From the sequence record PP777464.1: 64,000 nucleotides of DNA. One strand, 5' to 3'. The notes under the pieces were generated by a model, which searched no databases, was not told the origin of the DNA, and saw nothing but the letters and a program-made list of their open reading frames with translations. Positions 55,776 to 63,870 of this stretch are shown here, one piece after another; positions within the stretch are counted from its first letter, which is position 1; each line of letters opens with the position of its first letter. A program made the position numbers and the translations under genes. The DNA is from Escherichia phage fEgEco12.

Positions 55776-56262
55776 TTCGATGAAGTATTCATTTAAAATT
55801 ATCAAAGAAATACTAAATGGATCTAAAAATCATAGTGGGTCTTCCTTTACTAGTGACCAGATCCAACACAGTACAAAGGATTGTACTGTAATCTTTGGGT
55901 TACATAGTCTGCGTTTGACAATAGTAAATAATATTGATAACACAGCAATTGTAATCACCCCATGTCATATTCAGAATGATACTGGTGTATACTTACACCA
56001 CATGGGGACTGTATTCTACATCTTCAATACTGAAGAAAACATTGTTAAAGAATACAACACACTCAATGTTGATGCTGGTGAGTTATTTCAATTGAGTACT
56101 GTCAATGATTGTAACTTCAGTGACAATGCAGAAGTACTTCCATTGTTTCTAAGTCTTCTCAATAACATGGAAAAACTAACCATTGCATACAACAAAAGTG
56201 ACGTACCGCAAGCAGTATTGAATATCACCGAAGCAATGGAGAAATACAAAGCTGTGACCTAA
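55762..56262 (+). CDS. B-family protein
   Basis: Motif DAGELFQLSTVND. Confidence 0.6.
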   Translation: MLLTNSMKYSFKIIKEILNGSKNHSGSSFTSDQIQHSTKDCTVIFGLHSLRLTIVNNIDNTAIVITPCHIQNDTGVYLHHMGTVFYIFNTEENIVKEYNTLNVDAGELFQLSTVNDCNFSDNAEVLPLFLSLLNNMEKLTIAYNKSDVPQAVLNITEAMEKYKAVT

Positions 56263-56304
56263 TATATGTGCACATGGAGTGCCTTTGAAGATCAAGGATA
56301 GATC

Positions 56305-56778
56305 ATGGAGATTAAAACTGTTGAGAATGGAAAGATAGATGACATTTTAGAGTTGGACGCATTCAAAGTTCATGATATAATGTTCAATGTAAAGGACATA
56401 ATTCAGTGCTTGTTTTTATGCAGTAAAACTATGCACGACTTCTTTCACAATCCAAATACTAATGTTTTCATACTAACAATCAGTACTAGTAATTCGTTTA
56501 TCATGGGTATGCCTATGAGTACAAATGACGAGTACATTGATTGTGTTATTCGTAACAATGATAATATTACCCCACAATCTGAAGTACGTAAGAAAAAGAA
56601 TACATACACCATCAAAGATGATAAAATCATGATGTGTTGTAGTAAAGGGTTTATTTTGGATAATTTTAAAGTGAAAGATAGTTATCATGATTTTAAAGTA
56701 TCAGAGACACAAACTAATGTAGTTCTTTACGCAAGTGATATTGAAAGCCTAACAGTTAAAGATCCCGATTTGGAGTAA
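56305..56778 (+). CDS. hypothetical protein (157 aa)
   Basis: ORF track. Confidence 0.5.
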   Translation: MEIKTVENGKIDDILELDAFKVHDIMFNVKDIIQCLFLCSKTMHDFFHNPNTNVFILTISTSNSFIMGMPMSTNDEYIDCVIRNNDNITPQSEVRKKKNTYTIKDDKIMMCCSKGFILDNFKVKDSYHDFKVSETQTNVVLYASDIESLTVKDPDLE

Positions 56779-56780
56779 GT

Positions 56781-56912
56781 ATGGCTAAAAATGTAAACAA
56801 CTTTGTACAAAAGCATATGAATGAGTTTAATAAACCTCAAACACATGTGGACCGTAAAAAAGCAATGAAGAATGGTAAAGTAAAACACAAGTCGAGATTT
56901 ATTCTCGACTAA
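56781..56912 (+). CDS. small basic hypothetical protein (43 aa)
   Basis: Below track cutoff; RBS GGAG 5 nt upstream; terminator hairpin at 3-prime end. Confidence 0.45.
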   Translation: MAKNVNNFVQKHMNEFNKPQTHVDRKKAMKNGKVKHKSRFILD

Positions 56913-56920
56913 TTTTTTGT
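56891..56920 (+). terminator. Rho-independent terminator (putative)
   Basis: GTCGAGA-tttat-TCTCGAC then TAATTTTTTG. Confidence 0.5.
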
Positions 56921-56945
56921 CCGAAATTTAGGAGATTGTATTACT

Positions 56946-57794
56946 ATGGATACAACAGATTTTCGTAATTTCAAAAAGTATTCAGTACTTGAACATATCA
57001 ACGAATTTCTGAATTCCCCAACACCATTTGGTATCAGTACATCAGATACATACGATGGATATAGAATCTTCCCATGCAATGACTTTCAAATTTCTGTCAA
57101 AAAAGGTACTTCAAAAGAAGTTGCAATTCGTGATGTAGTACTGTATAGCGATTCTTCTATTTCTTACTGTCATGATGTGAACAATTTTGAATCTCTTTCA
57201 ACACCTAATTGTTCATACTACAAATCCAATGACACAATGATGTACAAAGAAGAACACATCAATGGGGTTTCGTTTTATAAAACCGCCAGCGATAAATCAT
57301 ATACATCTAGAGATGATTTTGGAAAATATACATGCACTATGTATACGGATGATGAAAAATCAAATCGTATTCATTCATTCGAATCCAAATTCAAAGAGAG
57401 TGAAGTTTCAAATATCACTATACAAGAAAAGGTTACCGAAGATGGTGTTGTGTATCGTAGTACTGCATTCTTCCGAATGAAAGATATTGCAACTGGTCGC
57501 CCAATGATGTATAATATTGACATATTCATGAAAGGTGAATCATCGGAAGTGGTGATTAGTACTGGTTATCGTACCAACTACACATTTACAATGGAATCAC
57601 CTGATGCATCGTTGGTACATCTATTCAACAATTTATATACTTTCCAATTCGAACTTGGTTTCGAAACAAATGAATATCAAATATTTGAGATATTAAAAAG
57701 TAATATTATTAATAAATTGGAATATTACTTCAAGTTAGGTGGGAAGATGAACATAGTTAATACTATGTTACGCAACATAAAAGAAACAATGTAA
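56946..57794 (+). CDS. hypothetical protein (282 aa)
   Basis: ORF track; RBS AGGAG. Confidence 0.6.
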   Translation: MDTTDFRNFKKYSVLEHINEFLNSPTPFGISTSDTYDGYRIFPCNDFQISVKKGTSKEVAIRDVVLYSDSSISYCHDVNNFESLSTPNCSYYKSNDTMMYKEEHINGVSFYKTASDKSYTSRDDFGKYTCTMYTDDEKSNRIHSFESKFKESEVSNITIQEKVTEDGVVYRSTAFFRMKDIATGRPMMYNIDIFMKGESSEVVISTGYRTNYTFTMESPDASLVHLFNNLYTFQFELGFETNEYQIFEILKSNIINKLEYYFKLGGKMNIVNTMLRNIKETM

Positions 57795-57810
57795 TTATGG
57801 AGGATTTGGT

Positions 57811-58104
57811 ATGGATACTAAATTCAAACTTATTTTCAAAACAGAGCCGTATATCCCTTATACTGGTGAACGTTTTATTCCACCTGGTGCAGTGGAGATT
57901 GAGCATCCTGATGGAACAAAATTGTATCTCAGCCCATGTTCGTATGAACGTGCAGTTGAAATGCTAATTATGAATAGCAAACACTGTAGTAATAAGTACA
58001 TTAGCTACTTATACAATGAACATATTCTAGAATTTAATGATGAGAATATGTTTATGCTGGCTATTAACGATTTCAATAACTGGCACGAAAGTTTGACTAT
58101 TTGA
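57811..58104 (+). CDS. hypothetical protein (97 aa)
   Basis: ORF track; RBS GGAGGA. Confidence 0.6.
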   Translation: MDTKFKLIFKTEPYIPYTGERFIPPGAVEIEHPDGTKLYLSPCSYERAVEMLIMNSKHCSNKYISYLYNEHILEFNDENMFMLAINDFNNWHESLTI

Positions 58105-58114
58105 TAAAATATTG

Positions 58115-58142
58115 TGGACATGACAATTCCTTGTGATATAAT
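58115..58142 (+). promoter_or_regulatory. Putative sigma70-like promoter
   Basis: TGGACA, 16 nt, TATAAT. Confidence 0.45.
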
Positions 58143-58175
58143 GTTCACATCTTTTTTTGATAAATGGAGATATAG

Positions 58176-58562
58176 ATGAATACAAGTTCTGTTCTAAAAG
58201 CTATTGGTGGTGTACTTCTGATTGAAGTCCAGGGTGAACCTAAGCTATGTTGCTTAGAAGACATGAAGAATACTAAACACTTCAGTACTGGACAGATTTT
58301 CAATGCTATTCGTGTTCTTAACGACAAATCAGTACAAGACTATGGAAAGGTATGGCCTTCGTATGTAAATCCTGAAGGTGAAATTAGTGCTGATTGGAAA
58401 ACAATTGAAGCAGTACGTGTGAGTTGTGAGAGCGATTGGGATTTCATCGTTGAAGTATGTGACCAACTGCAAGAAGATGTGCCAGAGATTATCGAACGTA
58501 AAGAAGTTCTAGCACAACTTGATAAATTCCGTCACGGTACTCTACCGTATGACGTAATCTAA
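58176..58562 (+). CDS. hypothetical protein (128 aa)
   Basis: ORF track; RBS GGAGA. Confidence 0.6.
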   Translation: MNTSSVLKAIGGVLLIEVQGEPKLCCLEDMKNTKHFSTGQIFNAIRVLNDKSVQDYGKVWPSYVNPEGEISADWKTIEAVRVSCESDWDFIVEVCDQLQEDVPEIIERKEVLAQLDKFRHGTLPYDVI

Positions 58563-58613
58563 TCTGATTTATTAAAAACTATCTAACTAACATTATATAA
58601 AAAGGAATTTAAA

Positions 58614-58919
58614 ATGGAAGACAACGGAATGAAATTTGATATGTTTGAAGGTATACCAGAGTTCGATTTCAATAAACTTGAAAATGGTGAAGAATCAGAA
58701 CTAGTAAGTGTTACACTAAAATCAGATACCAAAAAGAAATATTCCCCATCAGTTCGTTCACGTTCTCAAGAAGAATATGAAACCTTCATTGAGAGTATTC
58801 ATTACGAAACGTTCCATCATGCAGATGGTACTCCGTATGAAGTTCGTGTTACAGTACTGAAGCCTGAAGTAAACCCAATGGAAAATCTACGTCCTGTTTA
58901 CTGCTGGGCAAGCCACTAA
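58614..58919 (+). CDS. hypothetical protein (101 aa)
   Basis: ORF track; RBS AAGGAA. Confidence 0.6.
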   Translation: MEDNGMKFDMFEGIPEFDFNKLENGEESELVSVTLKSDTKKKYSPSVRSRSQEEYETFIESIHYETFHHADGTPYEVRVTVLKPEVNPMENLRPVYCWASH

Positions 58920-58929
58920 TAAACCAAAG

Positions 58930-58958
58930 GACGGGATATAATATCTCGTCTTTTTTTT
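58930..58958 (+). terminator. Rho-independent terminator
   Basis: GACGGGA..TCTCGTC hairpin then TTTTTTTT. Confidence 0.6.
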
Positions 58959-58970
58959 GTCTGGAGATAT

Positions 58971-59819
58971 ATGAAACTTTATCTAATCGTTGACTACAGT
59001 AAGGGTTATTATGACTACGCAGAAGAATCTGAAGGGTATTGCTCGTCTACTAATGTCAATGTACGCACCAGTAGTACACATGAGCATGAATCTATTACAA
59101 ACCTAAAAGATTTCATCGCATATCGAGCATTTGAAAAGAATTTCTGTCGTAGTAGATATTCGAAGTTTGAGTACCCGTTAATTGATGTTCCTGATGAATT
59201 GATGTTCCAGTTAATGCTAACTGGAGTACAAGATTATGATTACATCGCGTACAATCACATTACTAAGAAAATTTATATCGGTACGTCAACACATGACATT
59301 TCTATGTATGCATCATGCCCGGATGATCGAATGAATGATAGAAAATCATACTATAGTGGATCAGTTGGTTCAAATGATTCATTAAATAAAAATTTATTCT
59401 TTGAGTACGAGTTTGATAATCATCGAGGGAAAAAAGACCGAGAAGATTATTGTACTGAAATTGATAGTACCAATGGATATGAAGAAGTGAAAGAAGCGAT
59501 AATGCCATATATCCTTGACAAGTACTACAAAGATTTTCAGTACTGTAGTAATTTTCTAATCCGAAATTCTATCATAATCGGTCGTCAAAGTACTGCATTC
59601 TCTAAGTACTACAATGATTCCCCTGTTGCTGAAAATGAAAACTGTAATATTCTCTCAATTCCACGTGAAGATATGGTATTCATGTTCACATCTTTCATTG
59701 AAGATGATGAGTTGTATGTAAAAAACAAGCACAGGTTCATGCCAAGTAAGATTGAGGTTATGAGAAGCTTAAGTGCAGATATCTTAACTAATTTCACTGA
59801 AAAAACAGAATACAACTGA
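58971..59819 (+). CDS. hypothetical protein (282 aa)
   Basis: ORF track; RBS GGAGA; weak B-like stretch DELMFQLMLTG. Confidence 0.6.
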   Translation: MKLYLIVDYSKGYYDYAEESEGYCSSTNVNVRTSSTHEHESITNLKDFIAYRAFEKNFCRSRYSKFEYPLIDVPDELMFQLMLTGVQDYDYIAYNHITKKIYIGTSTHDISMYASCPDDRMNDRKSYYSGSVGSNDSLNKNLFFEYEFDNHRGKKDREDYCTEIDSTNGYEEVKEAIMPYILDKYYKDFQYCSNFLIRNSIIIGRQSTAFSKYYNDSPVAENENCNILSIPREDMVFMFTSFIEDDELYVKNKHRFMPSKIEVMRSLSADILTNFTEKTEYN

Positions 59820-59849
59820 GACATACCATAAGTTTATGATATAATGTAA

Positions 59850-59881
59850 GGTGACAGCAGAATATGTTGTCGCCTTTTTTT
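59850..59881 (+). terminator. Rho-independent terminator
   Basis: GGTGACAGC-agaatat-GTTGTCGCC then TTTTTTT. Confidence 0.7.
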
Positions 59882-60501
59882 AATCCTGAAAGGTTCCATA
59901 TGGAAATGATTAAAGCCTAATCCACTCGAAAAGTAGAGGGTAGATGAGTAGTCCTTTCAGTACGAACAGCAAATGAAACCCGTTAGATGATGGCATAGTT
60001 TGAACCACTCACGGCAATGCGGCTGTATAAAGAACTCCAATAGGATAAAGAGAGTTCCTCGATAGACATATAAGGATCGCACCTTACCAATTATCTAAGG
60101 GAGATTTCATGAGAAATTTGCGGTCGTAATTTATACAATATAGTTGCGTCCAAAATTCGTGAAATCAAATACAAGTACTGGTCATATGGTATTTGTATTA
60201 TGTGTCGGGATGTTTAAGACCGACGACCGTTGCTACAAGAACCGCGATAGAGAGAAACAGAGCAACCCGCTTTCGCCTCGTAAGAGAATTCGTGATATGA
60301 ACTATGTGAAGGCCACCAGCGTCAAACTTTTTTTGTTCTTTCCCCTGCGGGGGGGATGAAATATGCTCAAGCAAACCCCGTCAATATTAATTAAAACAAA
60401 TCATAGTACTTTCGTCGAATTAGACATGCGAAGCGTGTATAATTCGACTGGTGTTGATGTAGTCAACGCCATGTACAGTCATTGATGTTTCCATAGGAAT
60501 A

Positions 60502-61047
60502 ATGATGTCATTTATTAAAAAATCTAAAAGCGTCACTTATAAAACACTAGAATTTGTTGATTCAGACAATCAGAACCAAGACCAAGAGAATTTTACTGGT
60601 TTTGTTGTGATTAAAGAAAAGGGATGTATTTCGTACATCAAAGAGTTGCAGTGCGGTTTTGAATTAACTTCCATTAAGTTATTCCCAACCAAGAAGCCTA
60701 CAATTCTTAAAGCTCGTTATGGGAACTACTACGAAGAGCGTTATAGTAATAATCTAATCAGTGCGAAAGCACATATCGTCAATGGAGAACTAGAAGGAGA
60801 ATATAGAAAATTCAACCCACAAGGAAAATGTGTTTGGGTTAAATACTTCAATTCAGGAAATGATGTAACATCAGAAATTATTGAGTTTTTAGGTTTAACA
60901 TGTACCCTTGAAACTCTTCATGATTACAAATTTAATACTGAAGAAGAGTTTAATCTGATGATGCGTTATGGATCACATTTTAAATTTTTATATGAATACA
61001 ACATTGACAGTAGTACTTTTGATGACATAGTACTTAACTGTCTATAA
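60502..61047 (+). CDS. hypothetical protein, possible MORN/YwqK-like repeats
   Basis: Repeats of G-x-Y-x-E and NGELEGEY / FNSGND; weak. Confidence 0.45.
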   Translation: MMSFIKKSKSVTYKTLEFVDSDNQNQDQENFTGFVVIKEKGCISYIKELQCGFELTSIKLFPTKKPTILKARYGNYYEERYSNNLISAKAHIVNGELEGEYRKFNPQGKCVWVKYFNSGNDVTSEIIEFLGLTCTLETLHDYKFNTEEEFNLMMRYGSHFKFLYEYNIDSSTFDDIVLNCL

Positions 61048-61063
61048 TCAAAGGAAATTATGT

Positions 61064-61588
61064 ATGTCGAAGAAGGATGCTTCGAAGAAAAAACAATCAG
61101 TACATTTCAGTACTGGGAAAGATAACTGGACTACTCCAAAGGATTTCTTTGAAGATTTGGATGAACTCTGGGGATTTACACTAGATGCAGCATGTGTTAA
61201 AGAAACAGCATTGTGTGATAATTTCTTTACACCAGAAGACAATTCACTTGAACAGGACTGGGGAAACAATATCGTGTGGCTCAACCCACCGTACAGTGAT
61301 TTGAAAACGTGGTTATCTAAGGCAGTTGATGCATATAACAAAGGTGCTACAGTACTGATTCTCGTACCATCAAGAACTGATACTATAGCCTTTCAGGATT
61401 ATGCTGCGAAAGTTTGTGATTGTATTTGTTTTATAAAAGGTCGCTTAAAGTTCGGTATCCCTGAAGAACCAGATAAAAAGACTGACAGTGCTCCATTCCC
61501 TAGTTGTTTAATAGTACTGGATAAGTATTTGACTCCAGCTAAAATCAACCATCTTAAATCTATTGGTCAGGTGATGAAGAACATATGA
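61064..61588 (+). CDS. DNA N6-adenine methyltransferase (phage Dam family)
   Basis: N-terminal DNWTTPKDFF and catalytic NPPYS motifs. Confidence 0.75.
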   Translation: MSKKDASKKKQSVHFSTGKDNWTTPKDFFEDLDELWGFTLDAACVKETALCDNFFTPEDNSLEQDWGNNIVWLNPPYSDLKTWLSKAVDAYNKGATVLILVPSRTDTIAFQDYAAKVCDCICFIKGRLKFGIPEEPDKKTDSAPFPSCLIVLDKYLTPAKINHLKSIGQVMKNI

Positions 61589-62118
61589 AAGAAACATGCG
61601 TAGTGACATTCGGAAGAATTAACCCTGTACATCGAGGTCATGGTTTAGTGTTTGAAAAAGCTCAAGCACTACAAGAACAGTACAATGCTGATTTGAAAAT
61701 ATTCCTTAGTACCAGTACTGATGCCATCAAAAACCCATTACCTCCTGAACTGAAAATGTACTATACAGAAGGATTTTACCCATCTGTACAAGAAAATATC
61801 TATACAGAAGATAATCTGTTTGATATAATGAGAGAACTGGATGGAAAGTACTTAGATGTTCTTTTCATATGTGGTTCAGATAGACTTGAACCATTCCAAA
61901 AAACACTTGACACGTACAATGGGAAGTTATATAATTTTTGTTCAATCAAGGCAGTTCAAGCTGGAATTGACCGAAATATAAGTCGCTACAGTTCCACACA
62001 GATGCGTGAGTTTGCCAAGAATGAAGATTTTAATAGCTTCAGTACTTTTCTACCTGGTAATGATGATGCACTGAAAACTAAACTATTTGAAGATGTAATA
62101 AAATACATGAGGAAATAA
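61585..62118 (+). CDS. Nucleotidyltransferase, NMN adenylyltransferase-like
   Basis: GRINPVHRGH (H-x-G-H) and YSSTQMR (S-x-T-x-x-R) motifs; ATGA junction with methyltransferase. Confidence 0.6.
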   Translation: MKETCVVTFGRINPVHRGHGLVFEKAQALQEQYNADLKIFLSTSTDAIKNPLPPELKMYYTEGFYPSVQENIYTEDNLFDIMRELDGKYLDVLFICGSDRLEPFQKTLDTYNGKLYNFCSIKAVQAGIDRNISRYSSTQMREFAKNEDFNSFSTFLPGNDDALKTKLFEDVIKYMRK

Positions 62119-62120
62119 CT

Positions 62121-62414
62121 ATGTCAGTACTGTTTAAAACTAACCCAGTACTTTGGGATCAGAATGAGGATTCGGGTTTCCGTTCAATCCATGTTGAATT
62201 CAAAGGTAATACGGTGGTTGCAATCATTGCAAACAAAACTTTAGGAAACTGGACTGCACAAGTTGTTCCTATGGGATATTCTTATACATCTGATGAAGTT
62301 GCGTTTCTGGCTGAATTATATAGTCAAACACCATTCATCATCAATGTTCTAGAGCGTAGTGATAAGTTAACACATGACGAAGTAATTGACTTCCTGGCGA
62401 ACTTACATGTCTGA
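62121..62414 (+). CDS. hypothetical protein (97 aa)
   Basis: ORF track. Confidence 0.55.
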   Translation: MSVLFKTNPVLWDQNEDSGFRSIHVEFKGNTVVAIIANKTLGNWTAQVVPMGYSYTSDEVAFLAELYSQTPFIINVLERSDKLTHDEVIDFLANLHV

Positions 62415-62694
62415 TGATTCAAATCTAACAGGTTATTTTTTGCAAGAATCAATGATCAAATTCAGTGAACATTTTCCAGTACTAGATGGTGTGGAGATGT
62501 GGCATGTAAAACCACTCTTCCACACTTTCAGTAAAGAGCACAAAATGTTATTGACTGAGGCTTGTAAATCGAATAAAATATGCCAAATCAAGATTGGTGT
62601 AAATGTCTACAAAGGATTAGTCATCTTTTTTGACAACAACAGCAACTACTTTTATATTGTTAAGGAGCATTACGTTGACAAATACAAATACTAA
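62407..62694 (+). CDS. hypothetical protein
   Basis: ORF track; start moved to first ATG. Confidence 0.5.
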   Translation: MSDDSNLTGYFLQESMIKFSEHFPVLDGVEMWHVKPLFHTFSKEHKMLLTEACKSNKICQIKIGVNVYKGLVIFFDNNSNYFYIVKEHYVDKYKY

Positions 62695-63289
62695 TACATA
62701 TTTTCGTTATCTTCGCCTAGGGCTTTCCCTACGCCCAATCCGTGGTAAGTGTGATTCACTTGCTGATTTGGATTATGCATATGCATTACATTGTGATGGT
62801 GTTCAATATGTATTAGGTGACTATGGCACATTCGAAGAATCCAATGACAGTTCAGAAATTATTGCTGGTGTTGCTAACCTTAACAACATTGCCAATAGTT
62901 CTCGTCATGAAATCGTTCTTGAAATTCAGAACTTCATTGAGAAAAATACTGGCAAGCGTACATGGTCATATGTCGGTACTGATGCACAAATGTCAATCGC
63001 ATTTGGTAACGAAGATGGTTATGTAGCACAACTTATTATGGATTTTGAATCAGAAGAGAAGTTCCAAGAATACAAAGAAAAAATCATCCAATCCTTATTG
63101 CAAATGGGTATTCCTGAAGATCGTATGCCTGAAATTCAAAGCATTGATGAGTTTGTTCTTATCCCATCTGATGAAAAATATGATGCGATGTTCACAGCAC
63201 TGAACATTCCTGGTGTAGTGGTTGAGTACTTCGATGATGGTGATAGTGACATTTACCTAGATCTCGACGACGATGATGACGATGAATAA
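62675..63289 (+). CDS. acidic-tail protein
   Basis: Probable TTG start 7 nt after AGGAG; C-terminus DDGDSDIYLDLDDDDDDE. Confidence 0.5.
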   Translation: MTNTNTNTYFRYLRLGLSLRPIRGKCDSLADLDYAYALHCDGVQYVLGDYGTFEESNDSSEIIAGVANLNNIANSSRHEIVLEIQNFIEKNTGKRTWSYVGTDAQMSIAFGNEDGYVAQLIMDFESEEKFQEYKEKIIQSLLQMGIPEDRMPEIQSIDEFVLIPSDEKYDAMFTALNIPGVVVEYFDDGDSDIYLDLDDDDDDE

Positions 63290-63295
63290 TACATA

Positions 63296-63324
63296 TAGCC
63301 CGACATAAGTTCGGGCTATTTTTG
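63296..63324 (+). terminator. Rho-independent terminator
   Basis: TAGCCCGA-cataagt-TCGGGCTA then TTTTTG. Confidence 0.7.
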
Positions 63325-63335
63325 TAAGGGGAAAT

Positions 63336-63605
63336 ATGAATTACAAACATATACAATTCACTTATATGGAATTATTTAAATTACACCACAATCACCGAAG
63401 TACTAACACAATTAATAAAAATGCGTTTACCCATAAAATATGGTCAAATTATCTAGAAGAATTACGTGAGTATTTTGTTAATACTGAAATTGTCATTAAT
63501 GGAAAAAAACGAAAGATACTTAGAGTAGATAGTTTCGGTGGTAGATTAGTACTTTCATATAAATTTGATAACGACCTATTCTCTGTGGATTTGGTGAATA
63601 TATGA
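63336..63605 (+). CDS. C-family small protein
   Basis: ORF track; N-terminus MNYKHIQFTY. Confidence 0.55.
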   Translation: MNYKHIQFTYMELFKLHHNHRSTNTINKNAFTHKIWSNYLEELREYFVNTEIVINGKKRKILRVDSFGGRLVLSYKFDNDLFSVDLVNI

Positions 63606-63862
63606 ATTATAAAGATTTCCAATTAACATTCAAGTGCATTCGTGACCTAGCAAATAAAAATAATAGTATATTTTTAGAAGATACATGTAATGAAATGATT
63701 AATACTGTGCGTGAGAGGATTAAAGAAAAATTCAGTACTGTAATTATTAATAACGATCATGCAGAATTTTCAGATATAATCATTAAGCTCGATGGTAAAG
63801 TTGAGGTACAGTTCTTCACAGATTTTGGATTTACGAGTGTTCCTCTGGAGATATTCCCTTGA
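63602..63862 (+). CDS. C-family small protein
   Basis: N-terminus MNYKDFQLTF; ATGA junction. Confidence 0.55.
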   Translation: MNYKDFQLTFKCIRDLANKNNSIFLEDTCNEMINTVRERIKEKFSTVIINNDHAEFSDIIIKLDGKVEVQFFTDFGFTSVPLEIFP

Positions 63863-63870
63863 AATTAAAT

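Noticed and set aside
27270-56262. Family B motif as a TEV/3C-type protease cleavage site (E-x-x-Y-F-Q then S/G)
   Set aside because: The resemblance to ENLYFQ-S is striking, but the residue after Q is usually E, Y, Q or N rather than G or S, no chymotrypsin-like protease is evident in the window, and a conserved structural core explains it more simply. Not excluded.
21091-56262. Repetitive array as a CRISPR array or insertion-sequence cluster
   Set aside because: The repeats are protein-level motifs in long open reading frames, not short direct DNA repeats with spacers; no transposase, integrase or terminal inverted repeats found.
2497-59824. All minus-strand ORFs in the track (for example 2497-2748, 6267-6554, 12459-12869, 14246-14515, 18245-18519, 32302-32670 frame overlaps, 53708-54096, 59302-59824)
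   Set aside because: Each lies inside a better-supported + strand gene, has no promoter or RBS, and has a low-complexity translation; treated as shadow ORFs.
60144-60359. Track ORF 60144-60359 as a protein-coding gene
   Set aside because: No RBS, implausible composition, and it lies in a structured GC-richer intergenic island; treated as non-coding.
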